Positions 9,304-17,881 of a stretch of 58,511 nucleotides of DNA are shown here, piece by piece. This DNA comes from a virus. Its lineage: Duplodnaviria; Caudoviricetes. Within the stretch, counting starts at the first letter, position 1. Each line of letters opens with the position of its first letter. A program made the translations under genes and the position numbers. The notes under the pieces are model-generated. The model saw only the letters and a program-made list of their open reading frames with translations, was not told the DNA's origin and ran no database searches. The stretch lies in IMG/VR virus record IMGVR_UViG_3300017913_000450, positions 1 to 58,511 of that record; one strand, given 5' to 3'.

Positions 9304-10863
9304 ATGGCTCGAATAAGACAACAATACCCACAGAACTATGGTTCGTCGGGAAACATCAATACTGAATTTGAAAACGTAATTCGGTATTTAAACGCAGCAG
9401 AACTCGGCAACAGCACCGTTGGCGAATTGTTGCAAAAAATCTTTGATGCAAACGGCAACTTCGATGGCCCCATCGAACTTCGCAAAGACAGTTCTGCTGG
9501 CATCCAATACCGCATCGGTGAGTATTCTGATGAGGCGAGCGGCTGGGTAACTCTGGCAACTCTTGCTGAACTGCGCGGCGAAAGTGGTCAGGACTTCGGT
9601 GAGATCGGTGCGCCAATCATCTTTGGCCGTGTCGACTACACAGCTACGTCTGGCCAGACTGCGTTTGACTACGCACACGAAAGCACAGACGAAATCCTTG
9701 TATATGTCGACGGTGTCTTGCAGCGTTCAGGCGGCTCTAACGACTACACGACTAGCGACACAGGCGGCTCCGCGTCTGCTGGTGTTGTCACGTTCAACTC
9801 AGGTCTGACCGCAGGTAACGTAGTGTCGCTGTTTAAAATTCGAGCCACAGCGATTACTGGCTTTACTCGCACAGACACTGACACAGTGAACTCACAAGCG
9901 GTGTTCCCGTTTACATTCGACGAAAACGCCAAGCTGCAAGTTTATAAAAACGGTATCTTGCAACGTGAAGGTGGTGCGAACGACTACACGCTACAGCCAG
10001 CGAACAATACGGTCACATTCACAACGGCTGTTCCATCTGGTAACACAGTCACAATTCTAACAGTTGAAAACACCTCTGTTCAGGCTGTGACTGGCATGAT
10101 GTTCGAAGAGAACTACGTCAATACCGCGTCTGGCTTGATCCGCTTCGACAAGATTACAATCGCAGACGGCGACATTGCCCAAGCAAAGGTTTCAAACCTT
10201 GTATCGAACCTTGGCGAAAAAGCAAAGATCACGGTCTCATCATCTAGTCCGACATCCGTAGCAACTGGCGACTTGTGGCACGACACGTCTGTAACGCCCA
10301 ACCAGCTAAAGTTCTATGACGGAACCCAATGGCTGCGCACGTCACCAGACAGTTCCCTCCCGACCTTTACAACAGCCAATTCTGGTCAGTTTGTTAAGGT
10401 GAACGGTACTGGTACAGCGCTAGAGTATGGCACGGTCGACCTCTCCTCAGTCGTACCTGTCACACAAAAGGGCGCAGCCAATGGCGTCGCGTCATTAGAT
10501 AGTTCTGGCCGCCTTCCCTCATCGCAGTTGCCAGAAGTTCTCTCCTCAGACAGCCTCTATCTAAATGTCGCGACGCCTGCCGCTCAAAACTATGCTATCA
10601 AACGCATCTATCGCCAGAAGCTACGGGTTGATGGCATCTCCATCCAGACGACGTCTGGCACATGTACCGTCCAAATCGCTTTCGACGGAACTGGCTATGG
10701 CTCAACATTTAGCGCGTCTTCTGTCGTGAACGAAAGCGTACTTGGCACACCACTGGAAATCGACGCAACAACTGTCTCTCACGAGATTGGTTTCCTTGTG
10801 ACGAACGTATCATCGACATCCCAACTTGAAGTCACCCTCGCGGTCAGTGTGGTGGCCAGCTAG
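9304..10863 (+). CDS. Tail/tail-fibre structural protein
   Basis: Two YTAT.GQT.F...VY..G.LQ...DYT modules, GDLWHDT...LKFYDGTQW and GAANGVASLDSSGRLP motifs. Confidence 0.75.
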   Translation: MARIRQQYPQNYGSSGNINTEFENVIRYLNAAELGNSTVGELLQKIFDANGNFDGPIELRKDSSAGIQYRIGEYSDEASGWVTLATLAELRGESGQDFGEIGAPIIFGRVDYTATSGQTAFDYAHESTDEILVYVDGVLQRSGGSNDYTTSDTGGSASAGVVTFNSGLTAGNVVSLFKIRATAITGFTRTDTDTVNSQAVFPFTFDENAKLQVYKNGILQREGGANDYTLQPANNTVTFTTAVPSGNTVTILTVENTSVQAVTGMMFEENYVNTASGLIRFDKITIADGDIAQAKVSNLVSNLGEKAKITVSSSSPTSVATGDLWHDTSVTPNQLKFYDGTQWLRTSPDSSLPTFTTANSGQFVKVNGTGTALEYGTVDLSSVVPVTQKGAANGVASLDSSGRLPSSQLPEVLSSDSLYLNVATPAAQNYAIKRIYRQKLRVDGISIQTTSGTCTVQIAFDGTGYGSTFSASSVVNESVLGTPLEIDATTVSHEIGFLVTNVSSTSQLEVTLAVSVVAS

Positions 10864-10871
10864 GAGCTTAA

Positions 10872-11348
10872 ATGAAGGATAGGAAGCAGACAAAGGTAGA
10901 GCAAGCATACGAAGCGGCACTGCGTGCCAGCTTCGATGCTTTGCGTCTTCCTAAATCTGCATCCGACTTCTTGATTGATATGTGGTTCTGCATACAAATG
11001 TTTGATGACGTCGCCGATGGCGACGAGGTCTCACGCGACAATCTTGACCGTGTTCTATGGTCTACCCTTGTCGGCATGCCGATGAACCCATTCTATGCGT
11101 CCAACGTAAAAACACTCATCCCAGTAATCGCAACGCAAATCCTGAAGTGGCAGGGGTCTGACAAAGTCGAGCAAGACGGAAAAGCAGACGCCCGTAGTTA
11201 CGTCTGGCGGGCTGGTTACTATGACCTTGTACTTATAATCGTCCAGCTTTGCCATGGCTATGAAGCAGCGATCAAGGCGGCTCCCACCGTTCTGGCTTTA
11301 TACGGCGAAAAACTTGAGGACTACTTAAAGGAGTTCAATCATGCCTGA
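10872..11348 (+). CDS. DDxxD-motif helical protein, isoprenoid synthase/prenyltransferase-like
   Basis: QMFDDVADGD motif (codons 11004-11018), apparently all-helical; AGGAG RBS; overlaps the next gene. Confidence 0.5.
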   Translation: MKDRKQTKVEQAYEAALRASFDALRLPKSASDFLIDMWFCIQMFDDVADGDEVSRDNLDRVLWSTLVGMPMNPFYASNVKTLIPVIATQILKWQGSDKVEQDGKADARSYVWRAGYYDLVLIIVQLCHGYEAAIKAAPTVLALYGEKLEDYLKEFNHA

Positions 11349-13749
11349 TCCAGTAACAGCCCTTGTTGTGGTCGGTGGTGGCGTTGCGGTAAACGAAAGC
11401 AGCAAAAACCGAAAAGCAAAGAAAGAAGCGGAAGCGAAGGAAGCTGCCCGCCTTAAACGTCTGTCAGAAGCAGTCGACGCTCGCGAAACAGAGTATTCAG
11501 GTCTTGCCGACACCTACAACACAGCGGTCGATACCTACAATACGAACCTCGCAAACACAGTTTCTGGCCTAACAGGTTTCACGAACACAATCGGTGGCCT
11601 CACAATCGCCGATTTGTATGACGACCCTACAACAGCGGCTAACGAAAACCAGTATGACGCCTTGATGAACTCTCTCAGCACAATGGAGAGTAACCTAAAC
11701 AACTTGTCTTTTGATGCGGATCGCCCGACATTCAGCAGTATTCTAACCACAGACGATGGCACTGCCACAGTTGACGACATCCCTACACTCGGAACAGCCA
11801 ACACTGGAAACGTCAGTGGCTATCTCGACACAATCTCAGACTTACGCTCTTCTCTGCAAGGCTTGAGCCGTGACCGTCGTAATGAAGAAAGCCGCATTTC
11901 GAACTTCCAATCGGACCTAGACTTCGACCTTGGCCAGCTTGGCCGCGATGTTGGTCGTCTTGGAATAGGCGATACAGACATGCTGGGTGGTTATGAAGAC
12001 CAACTAGCTGACTTGCAGCGTAGCTACGATACATTCTCGTCTGATATTCTCGACCAAACGGGCGGCCTCAACTTTGATAGCAGCGGAATAACCAATGCGA
12101 TCACAGGTTTGCGCAATGAAAGAGACACAGAACAGACGCGTATCGACAATTTCGCGAACACATTAGGTACGACCGCAGGAACATACGCCGATAACCTGTC
12201 TGGCTATAACATCACAAACCTCGATGATCTAAATAACCTGCAAGATTTGATCGACGCGCAGCAAGATGCGGCGATGGACTTTGACAGTGAGCTAGACTTT
12301 GACTTCTCGAAACAGCTTCAAAGCCTTGGTCAAACTGAAGCAGGCGTTCAAGGATTGCTTGATGACCGATCCGACGAGCTTGATCGTATCTCAGACGCAG
12401 AGCGTAAGGCACTGCGAACTGCTACATCTCTTGATCGCTTCTCCGACAGTCTTGGTATTGCTGACATCGACAGCATGAACCAGCTTGGCTATGACCTTGA
12501 GGACTTTAACAGTGGAATTGCCGACTTTGAGAGCTTGCTAGATTTCGACTTCAGCGAAGCGAATACAAAAGCCGCCGAGGCACAAGCTGCACTTGAAGGA
12601 CTAAGAACAGCCCGTACTGCCGAACTTGACCGTATCGACCAGTTTGGAAACGACTTAACTGGCTTTGCTTCTCAATATGCAGACGATCTTGGCGGTTACA
12701 ACATTGCAAACATCGACGAGATGAATGCACTGCAAGAGTTAATTGATGCACGCCAAAAAGAAGCTCGCAACTTCGACAGTGAATTAGACTTCGACTTTGA
12801 AGCACAGCTTAGAAACTTGGGCGACGTAGAAGGCGATCTTGGCGACCTGTTCCTTGAACGTCAGCTTGAAGAGGGCCGCATCGAAGATGCACAACGCGAC
12901 TACCTGCGCACAGCGCAATCGCTTGATCGCCTAGCTGACAGCACAGGCATCTACAGCAAAGCTGGCATCGACGCCCTACAGGAAGACCTTGACAACCTTA
13001 ACGCAGACATTGGTGGCTTCACCTCGCTACTCGACTTTGACTTTGGCGATACCCAAGAGTTTAGAGATCAGGCAGGTACAGACATTGCAGACCTATACTC
13101 TCGTCGTGGCGAAGCACTAGATGCAATCAACAACCCAATCTCTGGCATCTCTGAGGGTGCAGCGGGTCTCGAATTATACGACGAAACAGGAATGCGCGAT
13201 GCACGGGGCGAACTGTCAGACCTTAATCGTGAATTGGCTCGCTTTTCAGGTGGCCGCGTAGATGACATCCAAGGCAACGTCGACACAGCCATTGGAGAAA
13301 TCGACACACGTCTGGAAGAACTTAACACATATCGCAACGAGCTAGAGACCAAGGCACAAGGGCTTCTCGAACAGGTCAACAACGCCACATACTATGGCCT
13401 TGGCGATCTGGAAGGCGACCTTGGCAGCCTAGACGCGCAGCAAGCAGAGATCGAATTATACAACGCACAAGTCGCGATGGATGAACTCGATCAGCTACAA
13501 GACCGTCTGTATGGCGAACGCAACCGCCTAGAGCAAGACGCTCAGAACGTGGCAGCACGTCGGAGCAGCGCACAAGAAGCTCTTCTGAACGCGCTGAACG
13601 CATTTGGTCTACCGCAGTTCGACAGTCTGTCTCAGATTGATCCGATGTCCATGGAGCAGTTCATGGCCATGATACAGAACAACGAAGAAGAAGAAGACTT
13701 TTCGCAAAATCCAAACGCATTTAGCAGCAATGTAATTCGCGTTGGATAA
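11341..13749 (+). CDS. Putative ejection/internal virion protein with 82-aa acidic repeats
   Basis: MPDPVTALVVVGGG N-terminus like podovirus ejection proteins; F.S.LDFDF units every 246 bp. Confidence 0.6.
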   Translation: MPDPVTALVVVGGGVAVNESSKNRKAKKEAEAKEAARLKRLSEAVDARETEYSGLADTYNTAVDTYNTNLANTVSGLTGFTNTIGGLTIADLYDDPTTAANENQYDALMNSLSTMESNLNNLSFDADRPTFSSILTTDDGTATVDDIPTLGTANTGNVSGYLDTISDLRSSLQGLSRDRRNEESRISNFQSDLDFDLGQLGRDVGRLGIGDTDMLGGYEDQLADLQRSYDTFSSDILDQTGGLNFDSSGITNAITGLRNERDTEQTRIDNFANTLGTTAGTYADNLSGYNITNLDDLNNLQDLIDAQQDAAMDFDSELDFDFSKQLQSLGQTEAGVQGLLDDRSDELDRISDAERKALRTATSLDRFSDSLGIADIDSMNQLGYDLEDFNSGIADFESLLDFDFSEANTKAAEAQAALEGLRTARTAELDRIDQFGNDLTGFASQYADDLGGYNIANIDEMNALQELIDARQKEARNFDSELDFDFEAQLRNLGDVEGDLGDLFLERQLEEGRIEDAQRDYLRTAQSLDRLADSTGIYSKAGIDALQEDLDNLNADIGGFTSLLDFDFGDTQEFRDQAGTDIADLYSRRGEALDAINNPISGISEGAAGLELYDETGMRDARGELSDLNRELARFSGGRVDDIQGNVDTAIGEIDTRLEELNTYRNELETKAQGLLEQVNNATYYGLGDLEGDLGSLDAQQAEIELYNAQVAMDELDQLQDRLYGERNRLEQDAQNVAARRSSAQEALLNALNAFGLPQFDSLSQIDPMSMEQFMAMIQNNEEEEDFSQNPNAFSSNVIRVG
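12277..13044 (+). repeat. Intragenic 246-bp (82-aa) degenerate tandem repeat
   Basis: DFDSELDFDF (12277), DFESLLDFDF (12523), NFDSELDFDF (12769), GFTSLLDFDF (13015). Confidence 0.85.
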
Positions 13750-13762
13750 AAGGAGTAAGTAG

Positions 13763-15556
13763 ATGTCATTTTCCTCAATGCTCCAAATAGGCATGGGTAC
13801 GCTTGGCATGATGCAAGCGGGCCAGCAGTACCGAGACGGCATACGCGCTCAGTACGAAGCTATGGCTTTGCAGCGTGACCAGTACAACCAGCAGTACGGC
13901 TCTTACCTAGACGCGATGCGTCTGCAAGCCGAGGAAAATGAATACATACGCCAGCGCGAACTTCTCGACCGCCTGACGCGCAGCGGGGAGCGTGACTTTG
14001 CAGAAGACCAACTGTTTAACTACCTCGATACAATCGGGTCAGAACGCCAGTACGGCATAGACAGACAGCAACTTCTTGACCGAGACGCTGCACGACAGCG
14101 TGCATTCCAACTCCAGCAGCTTCTTCAAAACCAAAACCTTCGCGCCGATGAACGGCGTTTTGCTTTAGAGCAGCTACGCATTGCGCAAGATATTGCAGCA
14201 GGTGAGCGTGACTTCACAATGGGCATCTACCAAGACGAGGCAGATCGTCTGGCAGAGCGCCAAGCATTGATGGATGATGAGGCACGAGAGATGCAGCTAT
14301 ATCGCTTACGCGAAGCTGCACGAAACAGAGACCTAGTGGCAAGCGAACGAGAGTTCGCTAAAATGCTTTTAGGGCAAGCCCAAGACGTAGCGGGTGCAGA
14401 GCGTGACGAGCAAATGGCTCGCTTCCTCGAAGACCGTGAGACCCGCGCAGACGAACGTCAGTTCGTCGTCGATCAGTACGAAGACTATCTCCGTCAGGCT
14501 CAAGCAGAGCGCGACGAAGAGATGGCTATCCGAGGTCAAATCTTAGCGGGAGCAGACGACTTACAAAGCAGACTGGAAGCAACGGCAGCCCAACTTGGCT
14601 ACGTCCCAGAGATCGAGCAGATCACACCAGAGATGATTGACGCTGAAGTTGCACGTCGAACTGGCGAGTACATGTCAGACGTTGACCGCGCAGCGGAAGC
14701 CGTCGCTTCAGTCAACGAGGCAGACCTCATCCGCGCTGGCATCGACGTATCAACTGGCGGCACCCAGCGCCGTGGCGAGATCGCAGAACGTCTGGCGAAG
14801 GAATATCAGAACGCACGCAGCCGTGCTTACGACGACGCAATGGGCTACATCTCTGGCCGCAGCGACGCAATGGCACGCAATGTCGGCAACATTATGGATC
14901 GTCGCACAGCAATGCTTGGCGAAGCTGCCAACATCGGCGGTGCAGAGCTTGGCATCTTGCAGAACCTGCGCTCTCTACCAAGCGCAACTGGTGCGTATCA
15001 GATGGCATCCGCTATCGGCTCTGGCATCCTAGATCGCAACATCACAAGCGCAAACAACTACCGAGCGCCAATCGCCGTAAACTCTGGCCTATACGACGCA
15101 TCGAACGCGATGACGTCTGGCATGTCCAACTACGACTTTAACCTGATGAACCTTATGTCTGGCATCAAGAGCGGCAACAACTATAGCTCACCAGTAGCTA
15201 TTGGCTCTTCAATCTATGACGGCAACATTGGCGGCAACTATGCTGGCACACTGAACCCAGTGTCTGCCGCGTCTACTGCTGGCTTGAACATCGGCTCTTC
15301 AGTCATGGCTCCATATAATCAGACCCTAACCAACCCAATGACATATCTGGGCAACGCGAACAGTTATCAGAACAGTTACATTAGCGGCCTGATGGGACAG
15401 TATAACCAAGGTTATAACAGACTGTCTGACGCAAGCTCTAACTTCGGCGGGCTGTTAGATGATCTGGCTGGTGATATAGATGCAGGTGGCGGATATGACA
15501 AGTTTAGCACTTGGTTCAGTTCTAAATTACCAAGTTGGGCTGGAGGAACGACATAA
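13763..15556 (+). CDS. Putative ejection/internal virion protein
   Basis: Hydrophobic Gly-rich N-terminus, long Q/E/R/A coiled coil, G/N/S-rich C-terminus. Confidence 0.6.
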   Translation: MSFSSMLQIGMGTLGMMQAGQQYRDGIRAQYEAMALQRDQYNQQYGSYLDAMRLQAEENEYIRQRELLDRLTRSGERDFAEDQLFNYLDTIGSERQYGIDRQQLLDRDAARQRAFQLQQLLQNQNLRADERRFALEQLRIAQDIAAGERDFTMGIYQDEADRLAERQALMDDEAREMQLYRLREAARNRDLVASEREFAKMLLGQAQDVAGAERDEQMARFLEDRETRADERQFVVDQYEDYLRQAQAERDEEMAIRGQILAGADDLQSRLEATAAQLGYVPEIEQITPEMIDAEVARRTGEYMSDVDRAAEAVASVNEADLIRAGIDVSTGGTQRRGEIAERLAKEYQNARSRAYDDAMGYISGRSDAMARNVGNIMDRRTAMLGEAANIGGAELGILQNLRSLPSATGAYQMASAIGSGILDRNITSANNYRAPIAVNSGLYDASNAMTSGMSNYDFNLMNLMSGIKSGNNYSSPVAIGSSIYDGNIGGNYAGTLNPVSAASTAGLNIGSSVMAPYNQTLTNPMTYLGNANSYQNSYISGLMGQYNQGYNRLSDASSNFGGLLDDLAGDIDAGGGYDKFSTWFSSKLPSWAGGTT

Positions 15557-17811
15557 TGTTTTTTGACTACGCATCACGAGGGGCGCGAGACAATAGAGAA
15601 AAGCGGAACCGTCAACGCCGCGAACTAGCCCAAGCGTTCCAGCAGTTTCAGGCGTCCAATCCAGAAGCCACAGTTCAAGACTTCCAAGCATTCATCGACA
15701 GTATGGCAGGCAGCGGTCTTGGCTCGAACTATGTGCGAGGTGGCGCACCATCCCAAGACGTCTTGCAAAGTCTGGCAGACCAAGGCGCGGCAAGAAAGCA
15801 ACAACGCCTGCTAGAGCAAACGTCTGAGAACTTTAGACGTCGCGCAGCAGACTTATCTACCCTCGAAGCTATGGCTGACAAAACTGTGTTGGGGATGAAT
15901 GACGACAACTTCGACGCAGCATACGACGCATTCGTCCAATCACTTGGCCCCAACGGTCAACAGATTGTGAACGGCATGAACCTGCGCAATCGCTTCACCA
16001 TCCAAAACCGCGACTTGCTTATAGGCCGCCGTCTGGCTGAGACGATGCCAGCACTACAGAACTACCTGTCGATGAACGAATATAGTCTCGAAAGTCTTGA
16101 CCCTGCCGCTATGTCATCTTTCTTCGGCATTCCAGAAAGCCAGATACAACCATTTATTACAGCCGCAGAGCGCCAAGTCAGGATGAAAATGACTGAATGG
16201 TGGCAGGCTAATAATGCTCGCATGCAAGATGCTGCGAACGCAGCAGCAATGGAAGGTCTCGATCCAGAGGAAGCTGTTATTAACTACATCAGAAAAACTC
16301 CTATGGCAGACAACCTGATCGGTAAAGATGGTAAGCTCAAAGATTACGACTTGTCGAACTTCGTAGAAATGTCAGCCCGCGTTGTTCAGCAACGTGACGA
16401 GGCAGAAGAAGTCGCTGCTCAAGGACGCGTCAATACAATGATTGATGGGTGGGAAAGCAACGCTCGCGTGCAACGCTTCCTACGCGATGGCAATAACAAG
16501 CAAGCTCTTGCCGCTATGTTCGATGTGGCTGACCGCCACTTAACGGATGCAGACTTCCAGCGTCTATATGGCAAAACTCGTGAACAGATTAAAGCAAATC
16601 CAGAGCTTGCATTTGAGGCTGACATCGAACGCTATGTAAGTTCCGAGCGCGATGTACAGGAAGAAAATTACCAAACTCAATCTCAGGAGCTTGATAAGTC
16701 TCTATCTGAAGTCTCGCGTACATTTGTGGCAAACAACCAAGAGCGTCTTACGGAAGTTCTCAAGAACTATTTCTCAGAGCAAGTTGCTGGAACTTTGGGC
16801 ATGCAGCTTGGTCAAAAGTACGCTTACTCGCCACAGCTTGCGAACGCAGTATTCCAAATCAATTCTGCGATGGACGAAGAAACACGCGCTTCTGCTGAAA
16901 ACAACCCAGCGGTCGCAGTAAATTACATCCTGCAACAACTGGAAGCGCAAGGATTTACGTCAAACATCGAAGAAACACGCGACCGCTTCATTCAGCAGCA
17001 GCGTGAGGTGAATGGACTTTACCAACCGCAGACATTTAACGATTGGATTGCCAGCGAAACAGACGGCATCACAACAGCGATCAACGGATACCGCGAGCGG
17101 TTCAATGAAATGCTATCTGCATACGGGCAGAACCCACAACTTCTGGCCTCTGAACTCATGCGCCTCAAGCAAACTATCTCAACTGTACCAGACGCAGTTA
17201 AAGCAGAGATGTCTGCAAGGCAGCGTTCCGAACGCAGTTGGCTCTATTATAACTCAGGTGGTTGGAACCAATCGCAAGTGGATAACCAAATTATCCAGCC
17301 AACAAATGTACAGATTGCGGAACTATCAACGCTTATCGACCAAGCTATTGAAGATGCTAATGAGCGTGCGAATACACAGCCAGAACCTGTTCCATCTAAC
17401 CAGACTGTTGATGCACCGTCTGAAGACCAGTCCTCAATCAGCAGATCAGTTAGTGAAGGTGTGGAAGAAGTCTACGGCGTAGGCAACGAAATCCGCAGCA
17501 GCGTAAACATGCGTCCAGCGGGTGCAGTTGGTTGGATTACAAGTCCAATTTATGCAGGTCTTCGCTGGATTGCAGAAGAAGGCGTGATGAATGAAGCTGA
17601 TGCGCAAGGTGTTCAAGATCGTCGTGAATGGGTTGAGCCACGCTTCGACAGACTACAAGAGTATGGTCGACACCTGAAGAACATGAACCCACAACTTTAC
17701 GCTCAGATGTTGGTCGACTTCCAAAACATGACATCTGAAATGCTATCTCAGAAATATGATCCAGTTCTGGATGCACTAGCGAACGATAGACAAATAAGAC
17801 TTCCTCAGTAA
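15556..17811 (+). CDS. Putative internal virion protein
   Basis: Likely start MFFDY at the TAATG junction with GGAGG RBS; helical, Q/A-rich. Confidence 0.6.
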   Translation: MFFDYASRGARDNREKRNRQRRELAQAFQQFQASNPEATVQDFQAFIDSMAGSGLGSNYVRGGAPSQDVLQSLADQGAARKQQRLLEQTSENFRRRAADLSTLEAMADKTVLGMNDDNFDAAYDAFVQSLGPNGQQIVNGMNLRNRFTIQNRDLLIGRRLAETMPALQNYLSMNEYSLESLDPAAMSSFFGIPESQIQPFITAAERQVRMKMTEWWQANNARMQDAANAAAMEGLDPEEAVINYIRKTPMADNLIGKDGKLKDYDLSNFVEMSARVVQQRDEAEEVAAQGRVNTMIDGWESNARVQRFLRDGNNKQALAAMFDVADRHLTDADFQRLYGKTREQIKANPELAFEADIERYVSSERDVQEENYQTQSQELDKSLSEVSRTFVANNQERLTEVLKNYFSEQVAGTLGMQLGQKYAYSPQLANAVFQINSAMDEETRASAENNPAVAVNYILQQLEAQGFTSNIEETRDRFIQQQREVNGLYQPQTFNDWIASETDGITTAINGYRERFNEMLSAYGQNPQLLASELMRLKQTISTVPDAVKAEMSARQRSERSWLYYNSGGWNQSQVDNQIIQPTNVQIAELSTLIDQAIEDANERANTQPEPVPSNQTVDAPSEDQSSISRSVSEGVEEVYGVGNEIRSSVNMRPAGAVGWITSPIYAGLRWIAEEGVMNEADAQGVQDRREWVEPRFDRLQEYGRHLKNMNPQLYAQMLVDFQNMTSEMLSQKYDPVLDALANDRQIRLPQ

Positions 17812-17843
17812 GGACGACACCTTGCGACCTCTCCAGTTATCAT
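17812..17843 (+). promoter_or_regulatory. Putative late promoter GGACGA-N20-TATCAT
   Basis: Intergenic motif copy upstream of the giant virion gene. Confidence 0.75.
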
Positions 17844-17881
17844 AGGCGTGATTGCTAACGGATAACTGGAGAACCGCCGCA

